Made by a program: the position numbers and the translations under genes
The notes under the pieces: generated by a model
The model's database searches: none
Told to the model about the DNA's origin: nothing
Seen by the model: the letters and a program-made list of their open reading frames with translations, nothing else
From: Malassezia furfur
Taxonomy: Eukaryota
Assembly: GCA_052055015.1 (NCBI GenBank)
Contig: JBQJIT010000085.1
Reading direction: 5' to 3' (one strand)
Length of the DNA stretch: 32,285 nt
In this document: positions 20,181 through 31,022 of the stretch, piece after piece
Layout: every line of letters starts with the position of its first letter
Position numbering within the stretch: position 1 is the stretch's first letter

Positions 20181-21373
20181 ATGTTTCGACGGCTCGCGGA
20201 CGCGCTCGGAGCACCGGGGGGAGCGTGTGGCGCAGTACGCTACTTGTCGTCGGGACCGGCACGTCCGTCCGTCGCTACGCTCCCGCGGCGCACCGTGTTG
20301 TCACTCGAGGGCCGAGACACATTCAAGTTCCTTCAGGGCGCCATCACCAACAACGTCCAGCGCCTCGAAGACGAGCGGCGCACTGGCGGGATCGTGCGCG
20401 ACGTGTTCTATGCCGCATTCCTTAACCCACAGGGGCGCATGGTTGCCGATGCGCTCCTGTACCACAGGACGCAGGCCAGCGAGCCCTCGGTGCTGATCGA
20501 AGTCGATGCGCAGGTCGAAGGCGAGCTAGTCAAGTTCCTCAAGCGCTTCAAGCTCCGGTCCAAGTTTCGTATCACGGACGTCTCGGATGCTTGGGATGTT
20601 CGACAGGTGTGGGGACCGGGTGCCGAGCAGCTCATTGACAGCGCACCTACCGATGACCCCCACGTCGTGGCCGTCCGCGACGTGCGGGCGCCATCGATGG
20701 GCTGGCGTTTGCTGAGTCCAGCCGGCGAGACACGTACGTTGTTGACCTGACACAGCCTCGTTCCTGGCATCAGCGGACCAGGTGTCTCCGGAAGAGTACA
20801 CCGTACACCGCATGCTCTCGGGTGTGCCCGAGGGCGCCGACGAGCTGACCAGCGGCACCAGTCTGCCGCTCGAATGCTGTGTCGATTACATGAACGGAGG
20901 TACGTCGCGGCACTAAGTCCAGTCGATTTCCACAAGGGCTGCTATATCGGCCAGGAGCTCACAGCACGCACGCACTTTACCGGACTTATTCGCAAGCGGG
21001 TCATGCCCGTGATGTTGACGCGCCCTGACGCACCGTACGTTTCGCCTTGCCCTGACACAGTGCGCCACAACCGCCGCATGCCGATCCTGCTCACATCCAC
21101 GCGCTCCCTGCACATGGCGCGGATGTGCGGCTGACGTCTGCCCAGCAAGCCGACAACGGCGGCAAGCCGCGTCGCGCACGGTCTGCCGGCAAATTTTTGG
21201 GCGGTGTCCAGAATGTGGGTCTTGCTCTGCTCCGTCTCGAGCAGGTGACACAGACACAAAATGGGCCTTCCTCGCCCCAGCTGCTGATCGAGTGTGCTGA
21301 CGGCACATCCGCCCAGCTGCATGCATGGCGGCCGGCGTGGTGGCCTGCAAACACCGACGACCGTGGCGAATGA
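20181..21373 (+). CDS. IBA57: Mitochondrial Fe-S assembly factor Iba57/Caf17 (YgfZ/GcvT-like), ~373 aa
   Basis: Arg-rich presequence-like N-terminus; [26 protein letters not shown] and the signature [12 protein letters not shown]. Introns 20734-20755 (22 nt), 20900-20922 (23 nt) and 21035-21060 (26 nt) give one continuous frame. Confidence 0.92.
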
Positions 21374-21474
21374 GCGTGCACCATATACCAAGCATTGGCG
21401 TCCCATAGCGCGACCTCCACACGTGGCCATTTTTTCCCAAGCGTCCGCGCCCTGTCCAGGCTTGCCAAGGTGTC

Positions 21475-23469
21475 ATGAATACGGCCGCGCGCGTGTCGAC
21501 CGACGCGCCGGGACCAAGAGCAAGCGGCGAAGGCGTCGGCTTGTGGCGCGATGCCGAGGGGTTTGAAGACCCCAACATTGCCGAGACGTCGTATGCGCCG
21601 CAGGACGCACATCAGGATAGCAACGCGCACTCCTCCCTCCATGCCATTTTCAATGCGGTCCACGCGCGCTCCAAGAAGCGCGAGGGCGAGCACAAGCACC
21701 TGACAGAGCATGGTTTTGATGTGCCTGTGAAGGTGGCTCACCTGTTCAAACGGCCTGTCGTGCGACAATGGCTGTTCAAGGGAAATCTGTTCCGCGAACA
21801 GGACGAGCGCATTCCGTCACGGTTCGAGCTTTTCTTCGACCTGATGTTTGTTGGTATCGCCCATGTCGTTGCGGAGGGTGCCGCCGAAGATTACTCGGGC
21901 TTCAACGTGCTCAAGTTCGTCATGGAATTTTTTCCCGCCTGGTCGGTGTGGTTCGACGTCCGGACGTTCCTCAACGTGCACGGTACCGACGACATCACTG
22001 AGCGCCTTGGTCTTCTTGGCGTCATGATTTTACTATCTGGATACTCGGCCAATGCAGCGGCCCTAGAAATTTTCCACTGTGGACTGCCGCGCGAGGTGCT
22101 AGCGCGTGGTGGGCAGTGCACCGAAATGAGTGAGGCGCTAGCCAAGCGCGCGACAGGTAAGAGTGTGCAGAACCGCATCGCTGAGTACTACATTGGGGGC
22201 GGGTACTGGTTTGGTGAAGACTACGAAAGACTCATCCGCTCTGCTGTTGCGTTCTACCTGATTTGGCGTCTGTTCCGAACGCTTTTGTACATTTACTACG
22301 GGTTTGCCCTGCCCAAATTTCGTTCGGCGATGTGGACCAATGCCATGGTCAAGGTCTTGACATCCGTGTTCTACTTTCCCATTCTTGCGCTGTGGGATCC
22401 TGGCATGATTGTCGCGCTGATGTTTGTTGGCATGGCCGCCGAAACGCTCAATGGCTTCCTGGCCCTGGGCCTGTTGTGGCTCCAAAATGAGATCCGTGTA
22501 CGGAGGAACAAAGAGCCACTCTATATCCCCGCGCTGTCTCAAGAGCATGCCATCGAACGCATTGTACTTTTCGTGCTGGTCGTGGTCGGTGAAATGATCA
22601 TCAGCTCGACCTACATCGCGACCGAACATACGTATGGCGCCTCACAGCGGTTCGGACGATCAGCTCTGTCGATCATCTGCTCGTTTATGTTGATCTGGCT
22701 ATACTACGATGCGGACAGTTCGCGCACCTACCAGCATGCACTCCGTCGCAATGCATTCACTTCGCTCTTGTTTAACGTGATCCATTTCCCGCTTTCGGCC
22801 GCCCTGATCCTTGCCGGCGCCTCTTTGTCTGAATTGATCAAAAGCAAGGAGGAGGATGGCGGCCTGTTGTGGTACTTTAGCGGGAGCTGTGGCTTGGTGC
22901 TTCTATGCATCACACTCCTGGGTCTTTTGCATCGCAATTTGGATCGGAGACACAGCACCTTACTGCCGCGCTGGATACGGCTCAGCGCACGCATTGTTGT
23001 GGGCGTGCTGATCACGCTGCTCCCCATCATGCGGGACAATTGGCTTACGCACGAATTCTCGGCGGTCTGTGCCGGAATGCTGGCGGCGCTGGTGATTTTC
23101 GAGACCGTCTCGAAGGTGGGCGCTGTGGGCCGCCGCTTTGACGAGAAAAATGCAGCGCTTGTGCGCCGCGCCAAACTCACTACCCTGTCGCGGCGCAACC
23201 CCGAAGAAATGCGTGCGATGAAGGAAGCACGCGCACAGCTGCGCGCTATGGACGTCGTGGAACGTCCCCTGCTGCCCCATGTGGACAAACCGACACCCGA
23301 GGATGAACCGCTGCGTCCGCTGCGGCTGCGCCGTTCTCTCTCCTGGCACCCGTACGACGGACTGACCCTTGGCGAGACGGGCGAAGAGGATGTGGGGATG
23401 GAAGGCGAATTGGGTCATCTCGAGATGAAAGAGCTAAGTGCTGGTCAGAGCTGGGCATTTGCTGCGTAA
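21475..23469 (+). CDS. LtrA (low temperature requirement A) family multi-pass membrane protein, 664 aa, intronless
   Basis: FELFFDLMFV and ERIVLFVLVVVGE match the LtrA-family motifs ELFxDLxFV and ERxxLxxxIxxGE; many hydrophobic segments. Confidence 0.8.
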   Translation: MNTAARVSTDAPGPRASGEGVGLWRDAEGFEDPNIAETSYAPQDAHQDSNAHSSLHAIFNAVHARSKKREGEHKHLTEHGFDVPVKVAHLFKRPVVRQWLFKGNLFREQDERIPSRFELFFDLMFVGIAHVVAEGAAEDYSGFNVLKFVMEFFPAWSVWFDVRTFLNVHGTDDITERLGLLGVMILLSGYSANAAALEIFHCGLPREVLARGGQCTEMSEALAKRATGKSVQNRIAEYYIGGGYWFGEDYERLIRSAVAFYLIWRLFRTLLYIYYGFALPKFRSAMWTNAMVKVLTSVFYFPILALWDPGMIVALMFVGMAAETLNGFLALGLLWLQNEIRVRRNKEPLYIPALSQEHAIERIVLFVLVVVGEMIISSTYIATEHTYGASQRFGRSALSIICSFMLIWLYYDADSSRTYQHALRRNAFTSLLFNVIHFPLSAALILAGASLSELIKSKEEDGGLLWYFSGSCGLVLLCITLLGLLHRNLDRRHSTLLPRWIRLSARIVVGVLITLLPIMRDNWLTHEFSAVCAGMLAALVIFETVSKVGAVGRRFDEKNAALVRRAKLTTLSRRNPEEMRAMKEARAQLRAMDVVERPLLPHVDKPTPEDEPLRPLRLRRSLSWHPYDGLTLGETGEEDVGMEGELGHLEMKELSAGQSWAFAA

Positions 23470-23481
23470 TGTGTATATAAA

Positions 23482-25809
23482 TCAATGTTGACGTGCCCGA
23501 TCGACCAGACGCCCGTCTGCTAGCGCAAGTACAACGGCGAGATTGTCGGGTGTTGTCTGCGCGTCCTTCTGGATTGCCTTGGTGTCGACCTCGGCGTTTT
23601 TGCTGTCCAGCTTGTCCGTGTATTTTTGCGAAGCCGTATCGTGCACGGAATGATGCTCGTGTCCCGCCACAAACAGGGCCTCACGAATGCCGGCAAAGCT
23701 GTTGTCGATGACCACCGGCGTCGTGCCGTTCGTCTTGGACCCGTCGGGCGCATGGCACAAGTTGTAGAAACGTTGCACGGCCGTGTTTGTCTCGGTGGAT
23801 AGGTGCTGGGATGCGCTCATCGAGTCGGTGCTTGTGTCTGCCGACGGAGCATCGGTAATACCGCTCATTCGCTCGCGAAGCTGTTTCCAGCGGTAGATGT
23901 AAGAGGCACCGAGGAGATACTTGCGCACGATGGTCGACATCAACTCGCCGGCCTCGAAATTGACAACAAAGTCGCCATTCATCAGCGCGGTGTACCCATC
24001 GTTTCCACCCGCAAGGTAGCCACGTGTGACGACGTTGTACTTTTTGTCCAGCTGCAGAGGCTCTTTGACGCCCGCCGGCACTCGATGGACGGTCACCACA
24101 TCGTCGTCGGCCCCATCGGAGGGCACGTACTCAAACTCGCCACGAATTTTCATGCACATCTTCTCGCTCGAGGAAAACTTGCCATCGAACGGCAGGCGCA
24201 AAAAGTCGACGCTCACGACGCGGTGGAAAGGCTCCTTTGACGCGTCCCAGACGACGCGCATGCCGGCGATCTGGGGGAAGCGCCCTTCTTGCTTGGGATA
24301 CTGGCTGAACCCATTCTCAAGCGCATCCCACAACTGCTGGCCCGTGAGCTCCTTGACGACGATCGGGTCCTCGAATGGCATGATCTCGAGGATGTTGCCC
24401 AGCGTGATTTCGCCGGGCCCAAACACGGCGTCGCCACGCAGCGAACCACCGCAAATCAAGCAGCAGTCAGCCACACGTTCGCCAGCGCCAATCAACCTGT
24501 TGCTCATTTTTTGCACGCGCAGCATCGTTTCGGTCGAGATGAGCAAAATGTCGGCAAGGAAGTCACCAAGCGGCGACTCCTCCATGCGTACATGACTTGC
24601 GCGGGCATCCCATGGCGTCAGTGTATAAGCCACAGGCTGCCCCACCGATTTGGTCACACGCTCCATGAGATTGTCGAGCATCTTTTTGAGCTCGGGCTGC
24701 GTCGGATCGTCGGGGTGGATCGTGTGCCGTTTGACTGCGTTAGTACAGGCACCTACCTCGGATGCCGGTGATGGTGCGACGCCGCACGGCGTTTTGCGGA
24801 GCAGAAAGGGTAAGTTCGAGCTCGCTCAGGTCGTGGAAGTCGGTGCCACTCTTGATCATGTAGGTACTTTTGTCATTTTCGTTTCCCGGCATGTCCACGC
24901 AGAATTCCTCGCCCTCGTACGTATCCACGCCGCGGCTCACGTAGTATACATGATCGTGGCCACCCAGCACCAAATCGACACCGTGCTGGTTCGCGTCTGT
25001 ATGTTTCACTGCGCCGAGCTCGTTGGCGATCAGGACGTCGTTGGGAACGCGACAATGAGTTGCGGCAATGATCAGTTCACACTGCTCCTCGCCCTCGCGC
25101 AGCTCTTTGGAGAGCTTGCGGGCCACATCGACCATAGAGCGGTACTCAAAGTGCTCTGGGAAGCCCGGTACCGTTTCCAGCCATTCCCTGTGTCAGTGCA
25201 GTCGCGACGTACTCTTCAACCAAGCCAATGATGCCCACTTTGACACCTTTCACCGTCATGGTAATGTACGGCAAGGTGCCTGCGACCTGCTTGTCACGCG
25301 CGTCGATTTGGTCCGTGCGTGGTTCGCCTGCAGGGCGCCACGATGCATCCACCACATTCGCAAAGAGCCACGGAAAGTTATTCTGACTCATAAGCGTGTA
25401 GAGATGCGGGTACCCGAAGTCCCAGTCATGGCTGTGTGAGGTCCCGGCACCTACTTTCCCAGACACGCGGCGTCGACCTGCATGGCGTTAATCACGGGCA
25501 CCATATGCGCACCGCGCGTGATGCTGCTTTCGACGCTCGGGTTAAACAGGTCTCCAGAAAAGATACAGAGCCCATTCCGATCGCGCTTCTGGTGCTCGGC
25601 CCACTCAAATGGGGAGCTGGGTACAGAACGCTGGCACTCTTGCCCCTCTTCCTGCCATGTTTGGCGGATTTCGTTGATTTTCGCGGCGAATTGGTCGGCA
25701 CCCAGCAAGCTGTCGGACCCACGCACTTTTTGCCTCACACGATATACACTGCTGTCAGAGTAGTAGCCTACTCGTTGAAGTGCAGCACGGGGATCTGCAC
25801 GCTCGTCAT
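23482..25809 (-). CDS. 5'-nucleotidase (calcineurin-like metallophosphoesterase plus 5'-nucleotidase C domain), ~744 aa, no signal peptide
   Basis: After splicing introns 25749-25771, 25432-25454, 25188-25212 and 24735-24756 the motifs LHFNDVY, FSGDLFNPS, LGNHDWDFG, LGGHDH, GGSLRGD, GRFPQIAG and YLAGGNDGY appear in one frame. Confidence 0.92.
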
Positions 25810-25832
25810 GGTGTACGGCAGGTCTGTGCACG

Positions 25833-25841
25833 GTCACGTGA
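25833..25841. promoter_or_regulatory. GTCACGTGA E-box (Cbf1/bHLH-type) in the 82-bp divergent spacer
   Basis: Seen directly; the same GTCACGTG core occurs at 47-54 on the minus strand. Confidence 0.4.
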
Positions 25842-25891
25842 GATTGCCCGTGTCCGCGCACCGCGTCCGCGTTTCGCCCCGCACCCACCAC

Positions 25892-26768
25892 ATGCTCTTG
25901 AATCGCGTGTTTGTAGCGAGCGCGTTGCGCTCCGTGTTTGCGCGCCCCTCCCCCGCGGTGGCACTGCGCGCGCCATTGACTACGTCTGTTCCCCTGCAGC
26001 TAGCCAAGTCCGCTGAGAAGCCTAAGGCGAAGCCCAAGCGCGCGACCAAGCCGGCGACCAAGTCGGCGAGCAAGCCGCAGGCCAAGGCCGACAAGCCCAA
26101 GAAGAAGGCGAAGCCGGCGAAGAAGGACAAGCCGTGGGAAGCGCGCGATGCGAATGGCAAACTACGTATGTTTTCGATCTGACCCAGTGCCCCTACCGAT
26201 GGAGTCGAAGCCGACGCGCCGCTCGTCGTTCTTGATCTACTTCACCGAGCGGCTCCCCCAGCTGAAGAACAAGGAAGAATTCCGCAAGGTGAGCCCCTCG
26301 ACCGGAAAGAGCGTCGTGGATGTCACGGCGGTGACCTCGGCGGTCGGCAAGGAATGGAAGACGCTCCCAGACGCGGAGCGTCAGCGTATCGACAAGCTGG
26401 CCGCCCATGCCAAGCAGCAGTACGAAAAGGACCTCAAGGCGTGGCAGGAAAAGCTGACGCCCGAAGACATTCGCCGTCAGAACCTGTACTATGCACACCA
26501 GCGCAAGCTGGGCAAGCACATGCCGAGCAACCTCAAGGACCCCTCGGCGCCCAAGCGCCCACAGGGCGCCTTCCTCTTCTTTGTGCAGCACCTGCGCGAG
26601 ACAGAGCCGAGCGGCGAGCCGGTGCACGTCATTGCGAAGCGGGCAGGTGAGCGCTGGAAGACGATGGACGCGCACGAGAAGCACCCCTTCGAGACCAAGG
26701 CCCAGGGTGAGCACGAGCTGTACCAGCAAGCACTGGAAAAGTATAAGAAAGCTACGACCCATGCCTAA
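25892..26768 (+). CDS. Tandem HMG-box protein with a mitochondrial presequence (Abf2/TFAM-like nucleoid protein), ~284 aa
   Basis: MLLNRVFVASALRSVFAR presequence, Lys/Ala/Pro linker, intron 26166-26187 (22 nt), two HMG boxes (KPTRRSSFLIYF...GKEWKTL; DPSAPKRPQGAFLFF...GERWKTM). Confidence 0.82.
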
Positions 26769-26794
26769 TAGTTTATAAGCAGAGCACCTGGAGC

Positions 26795-28450
26795 TTACTT
26801 GCGATTCGCGAGGTAGTACTTGATCAGGCCCGCCGTGGACGCGTCGTGGCCGTCTGCATCGACCTTGGCGGCGTCACGCGACTGGAGCAGGGGCAGGATC
26901 TTCTTGGCAAGCACCTTGCCAAGCTCGACACCCATCTGGTCGAACGAGTTGATGTTCCAGATGAAGCCCTGCGTGGCGATCTTGTGCTCGTACATCGCGA
27001 TCAGCGCACCGAGCGTCTTGGGCGTGATCTTCTGCACCATAATGCTGTTCGTGGGGCGGTTACCCGGGAACACCTTGGACTTGACGAGCACCTCGTTGGA
27101 GGCCTTCTCGCCGAGCTCCGCCTTGACCTCATCGATGGTCTTGCCGAAGGCGAGCGCCTCGGGCTGGGCGAAGAAGTTGGACAGCAGAATATCGTGGTGC
27201 TCGCGCACCGGGTTCAGCGTCTCGATCGGCGCAATAAAGTCGGCGGGGATCAGCTTGGTGCCCTGGTGGATAAGCTGGTAGAAGGCGTGCTGGCCGTTGG
27301 TGCCCGCCTGGCCCCAGATCACGGGGCCAGTCTGGTAGTCGACGACCTCGCCGTTCTTGCTGATGGACTTGCCGTTCGACTCCATGTCGCCCTGCTGGAA
27401 GTAGTCGGCGAACTTGTGCATGTATTGGTCGTACGGCAGAATGGCGTGCGTCTGGGCGTCGAAGAAGTCATCGTACCAGATGCCGAGCAGGCCGAGAATC
27501 GCCGGCACGTTCTGCTCCAGCGGCGTGTTGAGGTAGTGCATGTCCATGGCATGCGCACCGTCGAGCATCTCCTTGAAGTTCTCCCAGCCGATGGAGACCA
27601 TGATGCTCAAGCCGATCGCCGACCAGAGCGAGTAGCGGCCACCGACCCAGTCCCAGAACTTGAACATGTTCTCCTTGGCAATGCCAAACTTGGTGACCTC
27701 CTTTTCGTTCGTGCTGAGCGCAACAAAGTGCTTGGCAACGTGCGCCTTGTCCTTGGCGGTCTGCAGGAACCAGTCACGCGCCGTCTCGGCGTTGGTGATC
27801 GTCTCGATCGTGGTGAACGTCTTGCTCGCGATGATCACGAGCGTCGTCTCGGGGTCGGACGCACGCAGCGCCTCGGCCATGTGGGTGCCGTCAATGTTCG
27901 ACACAAAGTGCAGCTCGAGGTCGCGCTGCGAGTAGTACTTGAGCGCCTCGGTGGCCATCACCGGACCCAGGTCCGAGCCACCAATGCCGATGTTGATCAC
28001 CGTCTTGATCGGCTTGCCGGTGTAGCCCTTCCAGGACTTGTTGCGCACCGCATCAGTGAACTCACGCATGTGCTGCAGCTCCGACTGGACCTCATCGACG
28101 CCAGGCTCGCTCAGCTTCAAGTCGCCAACGAGGTCGCGCAGCGCAACGTGGAGCACCGCACGGTCCTCGGTCACGTTGATATGCTTGCCCTCGAACATGG
28201 CCTTCTTCTGGCCATCGACGTCGGCCTGCTTGGCGAGCTCGAGGAGCTTGGCAAACACCTCGTCGTCGATGAGGTTCTTGGAGAAGTCGAGCAGCATCGT
28301 CACGTCCTTGTTGTCGGTCGCGAACGAGCGCGAGAAGCGCTCATAGCGGCCCTTGTCGCTGGCGAAAGCCTCCTTGAGGTCGATCTTCTTCGACTTCTGG
28401 AGCTGCTCAAGCTCTTTCCATGCGGGGAGTTGGCTAGCGAGTTTCGACAT
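26795..28450 (-). CDS. PGI1: Glucose-6-phosphate isomerase, ~551 aa, intronless
   Basis: [65 protein letters not shown]. Likely start [11 protein letters not shown] at 28450. Confidence 0.98.
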   Translation of the reverse strand: MSKLASQLPAWKELEQLQKSKKIDLKEAFASDKGRYERFSRSFATDNKDVTMLLDFSKNLIDDEVFAKLLELAKQADVDGQKKAMFEGKHINVTEDRAVLHVALRDLVGDLKLSEPGVDEVQSELQHMREFTDAVRNKSWKGYTGKPIKTVINIGIGGSDLGPVMATEALKYYSQRDLELHFVSNIDGTHMAEALRASDPETTLVIIASKTFTTIETITNAETARDWFLQTAKDKAHVAKHFVALSTNEKEVTKFGIAKENMFKFWDWVGGRYSLWSAIGLSIMVSIGWENFKEMLDGAHAMDMHYLNTPLEQNVPAILGLLGIWYDDFFDAQTHAILPYDQYMHKFADYFQQGDMESNGKSISKNGEVVDYQTGPVIWGQAGTNGQHAFYQLIHQGTKLIPADFIAPIETLNPVREHHDILLSNFFAQPEALAFGKTIDEVKAELGEKASNEVLVKSKVFPGNRPTNSIMVQKITPKTLGALIAMYEHKIATQGFIWNINSFDQMGVELGKVLAKKILPLLQSRDAAKVDADGHDASTAGLIKYYLANRK

Positions 28451-28560
28451 GTTGGAAGAACGGGAAACGTTGTGCCCGTCTGTGCGCACGGGACGCCGCC
28501 ACTCTAGGGCGCATGGAAACTTTCTGATAAATGTTTAATCAGCATATACATCGCGCCTCC

Positions 28561-29709
28561 ATGGCTGAACGCAGAAGCAAGTGGGATCGGCCTGCCGAGG
28601 GCGCTAAGTCGGGCGCGCTCACGATCAATTCGGAGGATGTGAAGCCGGCTGCCCGTGCGGCCGCAGCGGCTGCTTCCAAGATTGCCGCACAGTTTGGGCG
28701 GCCGGACCCGGCGACGGGCACGCTCGTGAAACACAGCGAGCTCGACGAAGATGCGCCGGACGGCGCCTACGTGCACGACATTGACATCAACGACCACCGG
28801 AATCGGTACCTGTTGACCAAGCGCCAGACACAGCTGGATCTGTATCGCGAGTTTGGCACGCGCGTATTCACCAAGGGCACCTGGTACCCGGACCGGACCA
28901 AGGTTCGGCCTCACGACCCGCCGCTTTACCTGCACATCTCGGCGGACACCAAAGAGGCGCTGGACCGCACGATTGCACGTATCTACGAGCTTATGTCGCG
29001 CGATCTCCCGCCGCTGCTTGATGACCGCCTGCACCGGCGCGACGACCGCTTTATGAACTGGCCGGAAGAAAAGGTCCCGGTGGTGATGGAATCGCTACGC
29101 AACTTCAATGTGCGCTCCAAGCTCGTGGGACCCGGCGGTATGTTTGTCAAATACATCCAGAGCGAGACGCGGGTCCGTACGCAAATCCGCGGGCAGGGCT
29201 CGGGCTACTACGAGGCCGAGACCGGCCGCGAGCTCGAAGAGCCGCTCCACATCCATCTCTCGTACGTACACTGCCTGCGCGCCCAACTAACCCCAGGAGC
29301 CCGGAAGAGGCACAGCTGCGCAAGGCCCGCGAGCTTGCACTCGATCTGGTGGACGCGGTCAAGACCGAATGGAAGAAGGCGTACGAGGCCCTTGGATTGG
29401 GCCCTGCACCCGACCCAAGCCAGGTGGCGGCACCGCCGCCGCCGCCGCCGGAGAACGAAGTGCCACCACCGCCCGAGGACGAAGTGCCACGTAAGTATTT
29501 CAACTCACCCAGCGCCGCCCCCGACCGACGAGCCGGCGCAGCCCGAGCCGCCCAAGGAGGAGGCGAACGGCGTGTCCGAGGAAGAGGCCGCACTCCGGCA
29601 ATACTGGAAGGACTATGTTGCGTGGGAGAAGAGCTTCGTGGATTACCATGGCCGCAAGCCGACCAAGGAAGAGGGGGGGCAGGATGTGCCTCCCGAGCAT
29701 CAACAATGA
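28561..29709 (+). CDS. KH-domain RNA-binding protein, KHDC4/Blom7-like, ~363 aa
   Basis: RRSKWD, DIDINDHRNRYLLTK, PLYLHISA, FNVRSKLVGPGG, IRGQGSGY, EPLHIHLS. Introns 29262-29296 (35 nt) and 29491-29512 (22 nt) restore the final KH helix (LRKARELALDLVDAV) and a Pro-rich tail. Confidence 0.8.
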   Translation: MAERRSKWDRPAEGAKSGALTINSEDVKPAARAAAAAASKIAAQFGRPDPATGTLVKHSELDEDAPDGAYVHDIDINDHRNRYLLTKRQTQLDLYREFGTRVFTKGTWYPDRTKVRPHDPPLYLHISADTKEALDRTIARIYELMSRDLPPLLDDRLHRRDDRFMNWPEEKVPVVMESLRNFNVRSKLVGPGGMFVKYIQSETRVRTQIRGQGSGYYEAETGRELEEPLHIHLSYVHCLRAQLTPGARKRHSCARPASLHSIWWTRSRPNGRRRTRPLDWALHPTQARWRHRRRRRRRTKCHHRPRTKCHVSISTHPAPPPTDEPAQPEPPKEEANGVSEEEAALRQYWKDYVAWEKSFVDYHGRKPTKEEGGQDVPPEHQQ

Positions 29710-29738
29710 TGCTGTATACCGTGCTGCACGTAGATCAT

Positions 29739-31022
29739 CTAAAAGCCCCGTTGGTATGTACTTTGCACGATCGGGCGATGACGTCGAGTCCTTTGTGGTC
29801 GAGACTGGGTATCATCCGGTGGTTGGTCGGCCCGTGCGCGTTTGGATGGACGCGACGCCGACGGTGACGGTGGTCGTTTTGGATCAGCGGGTGCATCAAT
29901 CGATGCTTCCTCGCCCGGCGGCTCTGTATCGCTGGACGACGATGACCGCGTAGGGGATGCCTGCATTGACACCAATTCACTGGATGCAGTCGATGGCGTG
30001 GCCATGTCGAGCTCCCCGTCTGATTCCATATCGGACTCGCTGTCCCACGCCAACGCCTCATCGAGGAGAGCATCGGAGTCGGTCGGAATATCCCAAGCAA
30101 AGCGCTGGCCCCATTTCCAGTCATGCCAGCCACTTGGCATCCTCGTCTCGTCAGGGACGACACAAGCCTTACGCCAAATGCCCTCGGGCGTCGTGCCAGG
30201 CAGCGCTTCGCTCACCTCTGCACGTGCTTTGTCGACCAGAGCACGGCGAGCAACAATGTCCGGCATCGGTTTCATAGACCATGTACGCCGCTCCAAATGC
30301 GGCACCACAGGTCGCGCTGCATACAACGAACACATGCGTTCGTATACCTTGTCTGCTGCGAGCTTGGCTCGTGCGTTGTTGGACGTATAGGCAGCGGCAA
30401 GCACGTCACGCCATTCGAGTGAACGTGCCGAAGTCCGGCGGTGCACCACCTCCGGCATACCACGCAGTGTATCGTACAGCGTGCCTGGCGGCAGGGCCGT
30501 CGAAGAGGTGAGGAGCTTAGTCGCTTCTTTCGCGACGGCTTCGGGGGTATAGGAGGTCCCTGGGAACAGCTTGAGGTGGGAGAGAAGCTGGCACAGGGCG
30601 TGGTGCACGGCCATCCAGTGCACACCTGCTGTTTCGCGCGTGAGCGGTCCGCACTGTTCGGCAATTGCCGCGACTTCGTCAGCCAACAAGAAATTTGGTG
30701 CCGGCACCTGGTCGGCATGCATCGGCCAGTGTAGTGGGCCTTTGTGCATCGTGAGAAAACGCGCTTGCTCGAGAACATCTTCACGGCCTGCAGCATCCGG
30801 CACCTGCTCGTCCACCATCGCATGCGTTAGGTGTCGCTGACTCGCCGCAGCCGAGCCCAGCTCGTAGCCGATGTCAACGCCGCATCCGAAATCGAGCGCG
30901 GTAAAGACCGACTGGATGTCTTCAAATTCTTGCTGTGGCAGCGCATTGCTTTTTCCATGCCGCCGAGCCGCTGCGCGCTGAGCCAGACGCTTGGGCGCTG
31001 GACGTGCCGGCTCAGTACGCAT
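29739..31022 (-). CDS. Hypothetical nuclear protein, possibly Rrn9-like (RNA Pol I upstream activation factor), ~427 aa
   Basis: First ATG at 31022. HWPMHADQVP, LEWRDVLAAA and VYERMCSLY recall the WP....VP / W.dVL..A / R...L motifs of fungal Rrn9-domain proteins (from memory). Acidic and basic low-complexity C-terminus. Confidence 0.5.
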   Translation of the reverse strand: MRTEPARPAPKRLAQRAAARRHGKSNALPQQEFEDIQSVFTALDFGCGVDIGYELGSAAASQRHLTHAMVDEQVPDAAGREDVLEQARFLTMHKGPLHWPMHADQVPAPNFLLADEVAAIAEQCGPLTRETAGVHWMAVHHALCQLLSHLKLFPGTSYTPEAVAKEATKLLTSSTALPPGTLYDTLRGMPEVVHRRTSARSLEWRDVLAAAYTSNNARAKLAADKVYERMCSLYAARPVVPHLERRTWSMKPMPDIVARRALVDKARAEVSEALPGTTPEGIWRKACVVPDETRMPSGWHDWKWGQRFAWDIPTDSDALLDEALAWDSESDMESDGELDMATPSTASSELVSMQASPTRSSSSSDTEPPGEEASIDAPADPKRPPSPSASRPSKRARADQPPDDTQSRPQRTRRHRPIVQSTYQRGF

